Counted from the stretch's first letter, positions 8,028 to 16,912 are shown. The stretch is 57,869 bases of DNA from an uncultured Gammaproteobacteria bacterium (GCA_964394215.1 CAYMVU010000001.1:1-57869), one strand, 5' to 3'. The notes: generated by a model from the letters alone, not told the origin. Numbers and translations: made by a program.

Positions 8028-10589
8028 ATGAAAACAAGACAGAAGTTTGATGTGGGATGGAAAGTCCTCTCGATCCTCGTAGTTCTTTCGCTCGTTTTCG
8101 GAAATGCCGTACCATTGCTCGCACAGGAATCTGAGCCCACGGAAAATCCCGTCATCACTATCAATCCTGATGGATGGCAGGATCCGGCGGAGCTGTTTCC
8201 CATGGCGCGTGCAGCGTCAACTGAGGTTGATCCGGCACTTCTTTTCGCACCGACTTCCAACGCAGAACTCCCGAACGCCGCGGAACAGCCGGGCACCTTC
8301 GGGGTGCAAACTGCAAGTGTGGAGGAGACTCAAGCGAGGGAGTGCTTCTGGGCCAACCGCCTTGATGAACAAGGTGCACCCAACGGGTGGCAGGCCATTC
8401 AAGACGGCAGTGCCCCAAGCGGCAGTCGGCACTACAAGAAGACGTACCAGAATACTGTCTCAATCACTCAGGATTGGAATGTGGATCCCGATGCGACAGA
8501 GATGTATTTGCGTGTCAGTTTCCGCGGATCAGGCAGTATCTCAGGTGCGGCAGCTGTGCAGTTCTTTATATCCGCTCCCCATCGGATTGGCTTGGCATCG
8601 ATCAACGTGCTTGACCTTTCCACTCAATGGCAGACGCGTGATGTGAAGCTCAGTCAGGTGTACCTCAACCCGGGTTCGTTGTACATGGACACGTCGTCCA
8701 TTGACTCGCAGGTCAGACTCGAAGTAGATCAAGTAGGTTTGATCTACTGCAAGGAGCCTGTGAACCCTGATGATGTGATCATCGATGTTCATACGATCAC
8801 CGATCAGACGGATCCCGGTGTGGTGATGATTCCGGTCATCGCCGGGACAATCTTCTACAGGGTGGACTCAGCATGGCCTCTGTATTCCGAGCACGGTTTC
8901 GCTTCCATCCGATATTTGATGGAAGCGGGCTGCGGCGGAGAATGCTTCAGTTCCCGGTTCCTTCCTGGCTGGAATCCCCATGCCAAGGAATTGAGTAATT
9001 TGTACGGGAACACCGGCCCGTGGATGTCCCCGTACATTGACTGGGTCAAAGAATACGGCAAGGATTTTGTGTCACGCCGTGGCTTTGATCCGGTCGCCGC
9101 GCAACGTGCGATTGCTGAATGGGACCAGAAGCTCGCGAATCCGTCTCTCGGTCCCGTCAAGCGCGAAGGCTATACAGCACTCCGTTCATGGACACAGTCT
9201 AAGCTGGATCTCTGGAACCTCAAAGTGGCGGGCAATGCAATCATGGAGAAAGCGGTCAACTCAAAGGTCGTTTATGGCCTTGAGATGAAAGCTTCAGAGA
9301 TGAGTGCTCCGTTTCGTGGAGGCACCGAGATCTATGCCAAGTCGGGTCAAGTCGACCCATCCCGTATTCGCGTCCTGATCTTCGACGCGGATGAAACGGA
9401 CGACTTTATCCGTGAGACCTATCGGCAGGCATTACGGCGCGGTGCGCCGCTCAGCAGTCTACGGGTACTCAAAGGTGAAGTTGACGTGACGCTTCGGGTC
9501 TGGACCCGGTATGCAGCATCGCAGTTCGGTGAAGTCCGGCGTATCCTGCCCCCGATAGTTCAGTATGGATCCGGTGTGATGTCCGGTTTGGCAACGGCCG
9601 CCCGGGCGATCCCCGGGATCGCGGCTGCAACAGGTGAAGTCGTGGTAGTGCCTGCAGCGGCAGCCACCTTCATCGTGGGTGTCGGAGACGGAGCATGGAA
9701 GGTGTACAAGTACAGCCAGCTCTCAGACTACGAAACCAGCATGTCTTGGTGGCAGTATACATGCAGTCAGCACGGCTTCAGCCGTATGACTGTGGAGTAT
9801 ACGTCGCTCGGACAGTGGTGCGTAGATCGAAGCTGGGTGGAAAGTTCGCTCCGGACCGACGGTCAGTGGCAGCCACTCGTCGTCCAGATCCCGGAGCATG
9901 GTTTCACAACGCGCCGTTACAGTGACGGGAAACGCATTTTCTATACTCACCCTGAAGTCAAGTCTTACTGGGAAATGCGTATCCAGGAAGTACGCAGCGA
10001 CGGCGTCGTCTTGGAGAAGAAGTTATCCAATGGTACGGTCAGTATTGACGTCCCGTTTGATAACAACGGCCACGGCCTGTATACGCTCCTGTATGACGAT
10101 CCTGAGGGTGGACTCATGACGATGACATTCGAAATCGTCCTGATCGAGCCTCATCCGGAGGGCAATGGCTACCGGTTCGGTGTTTCGTATCTTGAAACGC
10201 AAACTCCTGAGGACTACGGCGCATGTCCGGGTTGGTCTTACAGCCGGCCGGCGGGTGCCGAGTGCTTCTTCGGGACATTGCCGAACTTGGACTACAGCTT
10301 ATATCCGGATCTTGATCGGGACCGCGTCCCGACCGGCCAGGAACAGGCTGATCCCAACGGTGACGGCAATCCGGGAGACGCCCGCGACACGGACGGCGAC
10401 GGCATCAAGGATTACATGGATGATGATGATGACGGAGACGGTGTCGGTACCTCTTTGGAGGTGGACATCAACGGTGATGGCCGCTATGACTGGGTCGATA
10501 CTGATCATGATGGGGTTGAGGATTATTTGGATCGTGATTCACGCCCGGCTCACATCAAGTCTGTTTATCTACCGGCAGTTGCGAGGTAA
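8028..10589 (+). CDS. secreted large protein with C-terminal thrombospondin type-3-like (DxDxDG) calcium-binding repeats; compositionally foreign
   Basis: AGGAGG at 8013-8018 precedes ATG 8028. Signal peptide MKTRQKFDVGWKVLSILVVLSLVFGNAVPLLAQE. C-terminus DPNGDGNPGDARDTDGDGIKDYMDDDDDGDGV...DINGDGRYDWVDTDHDGVEDYLDRD. G+C is far above the rest of the window. Confidence 0.8.
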   Translation: MKTRQKFDVGWKVLSILVVLSLVFGNAVPLLAQESEPTENPVITINPDGWQDPAELFPMARAASTEVDPALLFAPTSNAELPNAAEQPGTFGVQTASVEETQARECFWANRLDEQGAPNGWQAIQDGSAPSGSRHYKKTYQNTVSITQDWNVDPDATEMYLRVSFRGSGSISGAAAVQFFISAPHRIGLASINVLDLSTQWQTRDVKLSQVYLNPGSLYMDTSSIDSQVRLEVDQVGLIYCKEPVNPDDVIIDVHTITDQTDPGVVMIPVIAGTIFYRVDSAWPLYSEHGFASIRYLMEAGCGGECFSSRFLPGWNPHAKELSNLYGNTGPWMSPYIDWVKEYGKDFVSRRGFDPVAAQRAIAEWDQKLANPSLGPVKREGYTALRSWTQSKLDLWNLKVAGNAIMEKAVNSKVVYGLEMKASEMSAPFRGGTEIYAKSGQVDPSRIRVLIFDADETDDFIRETYRQALRRGAPLSSLRVLKGEVDVTLRVWTRYAASQFGEVRRILPPIVQYGSGVMSGLATAARAIPGIAAATGEVVVVPAAAATFIVGVGDGAWKVYKYSQLSDYETSMSWWQYTCSQHGFSRMTVEYTSLGQWCVDRSWVESSLRTDGQWQPLVVQIPEHGFTTRRYSDGKRIFYTHPEVKSYWEMRIQEVRSDGVVLEKKLSNGTVSIDVPFDNNGHGLYTLLYDDPEGGLMTMTFEIVLIEPHPEGNGYRFGVSYLETQTPEDYGACPGWSYSRPAGAECFFGTLPNLDYSLYPDLDRDRVPTGQEQADPNGDGNPGDARDTDGDGIKDYMDDDDDGDGVGTSLEVDINGDGRYDWVDTDHDGVEDYLDRDSRPAHIKSVYLPAVAR

Positions 10590-10603
10590 GTAAGTCTGAG
10601 TAA

Positions 10604-10635
10604 GTCAGGCGGGAAGAGGAATCTTCCCGCCTGAC
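10604..10635 (+). terminator. 14-bp perfect hairpin after the GC-rich gene (no U tract)
   Basis: GTCAGGCGGGAAGA-GGAA-TCTTCCCGCCTGAC. Confidence 0.45.
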
Positions 10636-10711
10636 AAACTTGATTTAAAAGGATTAAATGATATAATTATAGGATATATTTTATATATACTGTAATAGTT
10701 TCATTTTTGAC

Positions 10712-11440
10712 ATGACAACTGAAAATCAGCCACAAACAGGAAAAGAATTTTCTCGTATAGCCCAGGAATGGCACAAAATGAGAGATTATTATGGGTATAA
10801 TGAGATCCAGGCAGCTACTCAGGCAGCACTTGCCAACCTTAAGGCAGTAGCTCCGCAATACGGTGACCCTGCAGATTACTTCAAATCGGTACGATCTCAA
10901 CAGCATATCGGCATGTTTGACCCTCCGGTAGCACTTTTTTATAAACCGGGAGAACAGCACGGTGAAGTTTACCGAATGCTTTCCGGGTGGTATATGCTGC
11001 CGAAGCAAACCGGAGGATATGAATATCTGGGAAGAGTCTGGAAATCGCTTGAGCACGCATATCAATCAAGCAAGTTTTTCAAAACTGATATCAGTATTGT
11101 AGACAAAATTCAAAAAGCACATATTCCGAAGGTAGCAAAGATGACAAGCGGTAAATATCCCGAAGCTATACGTCCAGATTGGAATGATATGAAAGAAATG
11201 GCGATGTTGGGAGCGACGCTTGCCATAGCTGATCAGTTTGATCCGATCCGTGAACTCTTAGAATTTACGGGACAAGCTGTTCTTATTGAAGATTCAATGA
11301 GTGATGCAACATGGGGGAGAGGGAAAGATTTTGAAGGCGGAAGCGGCTTGGGAAGAACCTGGATGATGACAAGGGAAATTATGAGGATGGGTTGTCAGAA
11401 AGATGTTCAACATCAAATTGAGCCATTTATTTTATCCTAA
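10712..11440 (+). CDS. NADAR (YbiA/DUF1768) family protein with N-terminal extension
   Basis: WKSLEHAYQSSKFF, RPDWNDMKEMAMLGATLAIADQF and DATWGRGKDFEGGSGLGRTWMMTREIM match the NADAR pattern. TGATATAAT extended -10 lies upstream. Confidence 0.7.
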   Translation: MTTENQPQTGKEFSRIAQEWHKMRDYYGYNEIQAATQAALANLKAVAPQYGDPADYFKSVRSQQHIGMFDPPVALFYKPGEQHGEVYRMLSGWYMLPKQTGGYEYLGRVWKSLEHAYQSSKFFKTDISIVDKIQKAHIPKVAKMTSGKYPEAIRPDWNDMKEMAMLGATLAIADQFDPIRELLEFTGQAVLIEDSMSDATWGRGKDFEGGSGLGRTWMMTREIMRMGCQKDVQHQIEPFILS

Positions 11441-11441
11441 T

Positions 11442-12455
11442 ATGAAACTGGAAGCTGTCTCCATGCTTGACATCGCCAAACATACGAATGACGTAGCCCG
11501 TGATCAGTATGGTGAAGCGATGGCATCAAGTGTACGCTACAAAACTCAGTTTTTCCTTCCCATGATTGAGCGGTTTCTTCCCCCGTCTGAATTTGATCAG
11601 TCAAGAATCTGCAAAATACTTGATCTGGGGTCTTGTACCAGCAGTCTTGCGGTTGATTTGGCTGCCAATTTACCAGACAACTATCACTTTATTGAAACTG
11701 ACTTGGATATGAATTTTTTGAGAAAAGGGCGTGATAAAGTATTGCAAAATACAGATTTTGCCCGGAGATTTGCGCATATTCGTGCCAATGTAGTCGAAAT
11801 GCCGCTTGCTTCAGAGAGTATGGATGCAGTTATGCATTCTTCATTTTTTCATGAAATATTCAGTTTTCCTGTGACAGAAGCGGGAGCTTTTAGCAAGGAA
11901 AACTGTTATCAGCTTATCAGGGAAATCAGGCGGGTACTCAAACCGGGAGGTTATGTCTTAGGTCGGGATTATGTGGGCCGTCCTGATAATCCGGATGAGC
12001 TTATGCTTCTTGAGGCTGATTGCACAAACGGAGAAGTAATTGATGATCTGAAGGCACTCATGGAAGCTCCCGTTGAGACGCTAAGCAGTTATAGTCTTGT
12101 CAAACGCTTCCTGTATCAATTTGAACCTGCTCAAACAGGTCCAATAGTTGTTAAGGAAGATAATAAGTTTACACTTCCTGCTTGGCTTGCGGGAGAATTG
12201 TTGTTCCATTCTTCCTATAGAGAATCAAACAGCATGTGGAACTCAGAAATCCATGAAATGTACGGTGACAGCTCTGCTGATGATCTGGCACAAATGGCTG
12301 AGCAGTTCGGATTTGATTCAGTACTCACTGAGTCGATTAGTCATTATGACATCGGGGTAAACAGCGGAATGGTTTTATCGAATACCGCAGGACAGATTAT
12401 TGATATACGAGCACGATTTCCGACTAATACTTATATTGTTTGGCAGAAAATATAA
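11442..12455 (+). CDS. class I SAM-dependent methyltransferase
   Basis: ILDLGSCTSS (motif I) and LKPGGYVLGRD. I prefer ATG 11442, immediately after the NADAR stop, over the overlapping track start at 11403. Confidence 0.65.
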   Translation: MKLEAVSMLDIAKHTNDVARDQYGEAMASSVRYKTQFFLPMIERFLPPSEFDQSRICKILDLGSCTSSLAVDLAANLPDNYHFIETDLDMNFLRKGRDKVLQNTDFARRFAHIRANVVEMPLASESMDAVMHSSFFHEIFSFPVTEAGAFSKENCYQLIREIRRVLKPGGYVLGRDYVGRPDNPDELMLLEADCTNGEVIDDLKALMEAPVETLSSYSLVKRFLYQFEPAQTGPIVVKEDNKFTLPAWLAGELLFHSSYRESNSMWNSEIHEMYGDSSADDLAQMAEQFGFDSVLTESISHYDIGVNSGMVLSNTAGQIIDIRARFPTNTYIVWQKI

Positions 12456-12922
12456 CTATGGAATCGGTAATACTTCGAAGAAATCCCTATCATGGCCTCA
12501 AAGCTTCAGAACATCGACCGTTACGGAATCCTACTCTTCAGGATTTGCGCAATCTGTATGACAGTTTACAGAGAGCGGAGTACTGGATACCGAGATCCGC
12601 AGAGGATGAAGCTGCCATTCAGGCATACAAACAGCAGTTATTATCTGAAGGCAGATCAATTGAAGACGAAATCAGACAACTGGCAGGTGATTCCGGCTTT
12701 GTTCTGATGGAAAATAAATTTCCCTATGCTGTTCAGGACGCCCGTCATTATGTCCTATGGATATTGGATGGAGATGTACTGGAAGATGCAGAACAATATA
12801 TCTGTAATTTTCTTGAGTCACAGCAAATTTGTCCTGATGAGACGGTATGTTATGAAAATAATATTGCGTATCAAACTGCATCGGGTATTCCTCATTTTCA
12901 TATCTACGTTCCTCAGCCCTAA
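12440..12922 (+). CDS. HIT-like / nucleotidyl-transferase-like small protein (tentative)
   Basis: ENKFPYAVQDARHYVLW and C-terminal GIPHFHIYV (HxHx-type) resemble the HIT/GalT-like superfamily. The start may instead be ATG 12458. Confidence 0.45.
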   Translation: MAENITMESVILRRNPYHGLKASEHRPLRNPTLQDLRNLYDSLQRAEYWIPRSAEDEAAIQAYKQQLLSEGRSIEDEIRQLAGDSGFVLMENKFPYAVQDARHYVLWILDGDVLEDAEQYICNFLESQQICPDETVCYENNIAYQTASGIPHFHIYVPQP

Positions 12923-12962
12923 CTTCTTTTCGGCTATAGAAATATCGGAATATCGGCAAAAA

Positions 12963-12991
12963 TTGACTTTTATTGCATAAAGGTATATGAT
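12963..12991 (+). promoter_or_regulatory. candidate promoter of argG
   Basis: TTGACT (12963-12968), 17-nt spacer, TATGAT (12986-12991). Confidence 0.45.
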
Positions 12992-13057
12992 TTTTATGAA
13001 ATAATCTCCGTTCTTTTACAAAAATTATAAATTTATTACCAATTTACATTCAGATTT

Positions 13058-14695
13058 ATGCAAAAAAAACAAGACTACGTGAAAGTCTCGTCGTATGAGG
13101 GCCGAAAGGGAGAAGTCAAGAAAGTTGTTCTTCTTTACTCAGGCGGACTTGATACATCAGTCATGCTCAAATGGATTCAGGAGGAGTACAATGCCGAAGT
13201 TGTGGCACTCACCATTGATATCGGCCAGCAGGCTGATGATCTTGAGGAAATCAGAAAAAAGGCTTTGAAACTGGGTGCGATTAAAGCCATGGTAATAGAT
13301 GCAAAAGATGAGTTTGCCAATGAATATATTGCAAAAGGAATCAAGGCAAATGCTTCGTATCAGGGAGATTATCATCTTTCAACGCCGATCGGCCGACCGC
13401 TTCTTGCGAAATGGGCAGTAAAAGTGGCAGCCTCAGAAGGAGCAGATACCGTTGCTCACGGTTGTACCGGAAAAGGGAATGATCAGGTACGAATCGAGGG
13501 GATTGCACTTGCTCTCAACCCGGATATCAAAATTATTGCCCCTGTAAGAGAGTGGGGAATGGGCCGTGATGAAGAGCTAGAGTACGCAAAAGAGCATAAT
13601 ATCCCCGTGAAGCAAACCAAGGAAATTCCTTATTCTTGGGATGACAATATGTGGGGAGTGACCGGAGAAGGAGGAGAAATTGAGAATCCGGGACTTATCC
13701 CACCACTCAAGGATATTCTGCAGGTTTCAACACTTCCTGAGAATGCCGTCGATAAACCTGAGTTTGTCGAGATTGAATTCGTCAAGGGGCTTCCGGTCGC
13801 GGTAAACGGAAAACAAATGAAACTTTCTGACTTGATCATTCATCTCAATAAGGTCGGTGCCAAGCACGGTGTGGGAATCACACATCATATTGAAGATCGT
13901 GTTGTCGGACTGAAAGTACGGGGCATTTATGAAGCACCGGCAGCAGAAATCATCATTCAGGCACATCGAAATATTGAAAAATACGTCTCAACCCGTATGG
14001 AGAATGAGTTTAAGTCAGAAGTTGATACACGCTGGGCATATGCGGTGTATGCCGGTTTCTGGTATGAACCGTATGTGGAGCATCTCAATGCTTACATCGA
14101 GCATCAGAATGATAAGGTTTCCGGTAAAGTGACGGTAAAACTCTACAAAGGAACAGCCGAATCAGTCGCGGTGGAGACTCCGAATACGATCTTTGAGGAA
14201 AAACTGGCGACATTCATGGCATCAAGTGCCTTTAATCAAAATGCCTCACCGGGCTTTATCGAGCTCTTCACTCTTCAGATGAGACTTGCCCAAAGAGGGG
14301 AGAAGACAGTCCTCCTCTCAATCGGAAAGCGCGAGAACAAAATGAAGCTGAAAAGCAGTATTCATACACTTGCAAAGATGGGATACAAACTGTATGCCAC
14401 CTACAAGACGCATAAATTTCTCAAGAGAGAGGGAATTGAGGCCATTCTTGTTCACAAAATTTCAGATACTAATAAACAGCCGAATCTGAAAGATCTTCTT
14501 GAAGCCAACAGGTTTGATTTGATTATCAACATCGCAACTGATCCTGATAAAGAAGATAGACCGGAAAAGGAGCTTACTGACGGATCCGTTATCAGACAAA
14601 TGGCAGTCAAGACCAATACAAAACTGGTCACCTCAGTCGGAGTAGCAAAAGAGATTGTTGAAAAGCTTCAATCTGCACGCGTGCATAGATCTTAA
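13058..14695 (+). CDS. argG: argininosuccinate synthase fused to a C-terminal MGS-like (CarB allosteric-domain-like) module
   Basis: VVLLYSGGLDTSV and AHGCTGKGNDQVR ArgG signatures. About 140 extra C-terminal residues (TVLLSIGKRENK...MGYKLYATYKTHKFLKREGIEA...FDLIINI...DGSVIRQMAVKTNTKLVTS) match the MGS-like domain pattern. Confidence 0.85.
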   Translation: MQKKQDYVKVSSYEGRKGEVKKVVLLYSGGLDTSVMLKWIQEEYNAEVVALTIDIGQQADDLEEIRKKALKLGAIKAMVIDAKDEFANEYIAKGIKANASYQGDYHLSTPIGRPLLAKWAVKVAASEGADTVAHGCTGKGNDQVRIEGIALALNPDIKIIAPVREWGMGRDEELEYAKEHNIPVKQTKEIPYSWDDNMWGVTGEGGEIENPGLIPPLKDILQVSTLPENAVDKPEFVEIEFVKGLPVAVNGKQMKLSDLIIHLNKVGAKHGVGITHHIEDRVVGLKVRGIYEAPAAEIIIQAHRNIEKYVSTRMENEFKSEVDTRWAYAVYAGFWYEPYVEHLNAYIEHQNDKVSGKVTVKLYKGTAESVAVETPNTIFEEKLATFMASSAFNQNASPGFIELFTLQMRLAQRGEKTVLLSIGKRENKMKLKSSIHTLAKMGYKLYATYKTHKFLKREGIEAILVHKISDTNKQPNLKDLLEANRFDLIINIATDPDKEDRPEKELTDGSVIRQMAVKTNTKLVTSVGVAKEIVEKLQSARVHRS

Positions 14696-14719
14696 GAGTG
14701 GTCAATTTGATATTAAAAA

Positions 14720-14741
14720 GGGGCCGATAGATATCGGCCCC
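14720..14741. terminator. bidirectional terminator hairpin between convergent genes
   Basis: GGGGCCGAT-AGAT-ATCGGCCCC, flanked by AAAAA upstream and TTTGCTTT downstream. Confidence 0.6.
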
Positions 14742-14761
14742 TTTGCTTTATTCAAAGCAGA

Positions 14762-15742
14762 TTATTCCAGTCCGAGGACTTTCCTTCCGTTTACCGTCGC
14801 GATTTTTACTATTTCATCAACATCATAAAAACGGTTTGCTTCAAATAAGAGTCGCAGATCATTCCACATATTTGCATCATTGTATGGTTTGAACAAATCT
14901 GCAATATTATCGAGTCCAACAGCGACGGTAATTCCATGAGGATGCATTTCATCAAGTGGTGTAACCGGATTGTGAATTGGTGCCTGTTGCTCGCTTCTTC
15001 TTGCATCTATCCAGGACATAGGACAGGCAACAAACATCATTTCAGCTTCTTTGATTTTTTTATACAGATTTTCACGGTATTCTTTCGGATGACAATTGAT
15101 AGAAATGCCATGAATCCCAACAACTTTTCCTTGTAATCCGTGTTCCATTATCTTATCTACAACCATTTCTGTTTCTTTTTCTTCAGGAATATTGAGTTCA
15201 TCAACATGAATATGGACCATTTTGTTTCTTTTTTTGGCTTCACTGAATAATATGTCCAGATGCTCGCTCTCCCGGCCTTCATCTGCTTTGAGAAGACCTC
15301 CTACGATATCTACATATTCCATAGCAACATCGAACCATTTTTTTGCTTCCGGATCAAAAAGGCCATAACTGGATTGATTCATTGTTTTAATAATGATGTC
15401 TTTTCCATATTTCTCTTTTATCTTTTGAGAAGCTTTGATTGAGCGGTCCTCAATGTCAGGATCAACATCAATATATGTTGCAGTCGCGGTTACTCCCTGT
15501 GCAAGGAGAGTTTCTATAGCTTGAGCCATCCTGTCATACACGTCATCGACCGTTGAGTTTTTACGAAGATCGGCATTTAATTTCCATTTTTCGTGCCGAT
15601 AAGCATTTGCAAGTTTATATAGCTCCGGACTAATAGAGTATGCTCGATCTAAATGAGCATGTCCGTTTACCCAACCACCGTTCTTTTTAATCTTATCTTC
15701 AATTTCTTCGCGTAAATTTAGGTATGGTGCTTGTTGTGACAT
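14762..15742 (-). CDS. amidohydrolase-superfamily enzyme, cytosine-deaminase-like
   Basis: GGWVNGHAHLDRAY (HxH metal motif in an HLD context as in CodA-like enzymes), later HIHVDE and HGISI. 326 aa, shorter than classical CodA. Confidence 0.55.
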   Translation of the reverse strand: MSQQAPYLNLREEIEDKIKKNGGWVNGHAHLDRAYSISPELYKLANAYRHEKWKLNADLRKNSTVDDVYDRMAQAIETLLAQGVTATATYIDVDPDIEDRSIKASQKIKEKYGKDIIIKTMNQSSYGLFDPEAKKWFDVAMEYVDIVGGLLKADEGRESEHLDILFSEAKKRNKMVHIHVDELNIPEEKETEMVVDKIMEHGLQGKVVGIHGISINCHPKEYRENLYKKIKEAEMMFVACPMSWIDARRSEQQAPIHNPVTPLDEMHPHGITVAVGLDNIADLFKPYNDANMWNDLRLLFEANRFYDVDEIVKIATVNGRKVLGLE

Positions 15743-15765
15743 AGTAGTATTAATTATTAGTAACT

Positions 15766-15792
15766 GTCATTCCCGACTTTGATCGGGAATCC
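15766..15792 (+). repeat. TGTCAT-hairpin repeat, left copy flanking the GIY-YIG gene
   Basis: GTCATTCCCGACTTTGATCGGGAATCC; stem ATTCCCGA/TCGGGAAT. Confidence 0.7.
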
Positions 15793-15793
15793 A

Positions 15794-16084
15794 TTATAGG
15801 AGTTGAGAATACAAATCCTGCCATTGAGGGTTCTGTTTCTCAATGAGTTCAATTTTCCAATTTCTGTTCCACCTTTTAAGTTGTTTTTCTCTCTTTATCG
15901 CATCTTCAATTCGCTGAAATACTTCATGATACACTAATTTGTGTACGTGGTACTTTTCCGTAAATCCTTTTACAATATTATTCTTATGTTCCCATACACG
16001 CTTTACTAAATCGGAAGTAACTCCTATATAAAGCGTCCCTTCTTTCATACTTGCCATTATGTAAACGAAATAGTGTTTACTCAT
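15794..16084 (-). CDS. small stand-alone GIY-YIG nuclease-superfamily protein (UPF0213-like)
   Basis: YFVYIMASMKEGTLYIGVTSDLVKRVWEHK (GIY-YIG core) in 96 aa. Confidence 0.85.
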   Translation of the reverse strand: MSKHYFVYIMASMKEGTLYIGVTSDLVKRVWEHKNNIVKGFTEKYHVHKLVYHEVFQRIEDAIKREKQLKRWNRNWKIELIEKQNPQWQDLYSQLL

Positions 16085-16098
16085 ATTGACTTTATTAT

Positions 16099-16125
16099 GG
16101 ATCCCGCATCAAGTGCGGGATGACA
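16099..16125 (-). repeat. TGTCAT-hairpin repeat, right copy (inverted orientation)
   Basis: Reverse complement TGTCATCCCGCACTTGATGCGGGATCC; stem ATCCCGCA/TGCGGGAT. Confidence 0.7.
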
Positions 16126-16146
16126 ACGTATTAGTGATTTTAATAA

Positions 16147-16764
16147 TTATCCCAATCGTTTCTCAAGTGTATGGATCAGGGTTGATACTGCTTTTTCATT
16201 TTTTCCGCCCCGAGGGATGATGATATCGGCGAAATCTTTCGTTGGTTCGACAAACTTTTCATGCATCGGTCGGGCTGTTGCGACATACTGATCATAGACA
16301 GAGTCAAGCGTACGACCCCGTTCTTCGATGTCACGTTTTGCACGACGTAAAATGCGTATATCAGCAGGTACATCTACATAAATTTTGAGATCGATAAGGT
16401 CACGGAGGAGGGGATTGTCAAAAATAAGTATCCCCTCAATGATGATAAGAGGGGCAGGGGAAACTGCCGTCGTTGTCCCTTGACTCCTTGTGTGCCGGGT
16501 AAAATCATACTCCGGAATGTCGACTTCTTTTCCTTTCTGAAGTTCCTTAAGATGTGCAATAAAAAGATCAGTTTCTAGAGCATCGGGATGATCATAATTT
16601 GTCTTAATGCGCTCTTCCATTGTCTTATCGGATTGATCTTTGTAGTATCGGTCATGGGGGATATATACGGCCTGTCTTTTGAAGTGATCGTAGAGAATTT
16701 CAGCGATTGTGGTCTTCCCGGAACCGGTCCCGCCGGCAATTCCAATAATTAGCGTGTTGTGCAT
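16147..16764 (-). CDS. udk: uridine kinase
   Basis: IIGIAGGTGSGKTT P-loop, YDHPDA, IIEGI and RRAKRDIEERGR motifs. 205 aa. Confidence 0.85.
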   Translation of the reverse strand: MHNTLIIGIAGGTGSGKTTIAEILYDHFKRQAVYIPHDRYYKDQSDKTMEERIKTNYDHPDALETDLFIAHLKELQKGKEVDIPEYDFTRHTRSQGTTTAVSPAPLIIIEGILIFDNPLLRDLIDLKIYVDVPADIRILRRAKRDIEERGRTLDSVYDQYVATARPMHEKFVEPTKDFADIIIPRGGKNEKAVSTLIHTLEKRLG

Positions 16765-16819
16765 GTTTTTCTTATATTGTATGAAAAATTACGCAAAAAT
16801 TAGAAAATTTATGAAAATA

Positions 16820-16848
16820 TTGTAAATTTTGGGTAAAAATGGTATAAT
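16820..16848 (+). promoter_or_regulatory. promoter of the GTP-cyclohydrolase-II-like operon
   Basis: TTGTAA (16820-16825), 17-nt spacer ending in TGG, TATAAT (16843-16848). Confidence 0.55.
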
Positions 16849-16912
16849 AATTGCTAATTTATAGAAAATAGTAGAAATAATACTATATTAGCATATTTCA
16901 AACCGAATTAAT

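Noticed and set aside
7871-10593. Many long ORFs in other frames and on the other strand (7871-8296, 8104-8646, 8855-9160, 10165-10593 and others).
   Set aside because: They all overlap the 854-aa GC-rich gene, are Arg/Pro/Ser/Gly-rich, and lack start contexts. They are the expected stop-codon-poor shadow frames of high-GC DNA.
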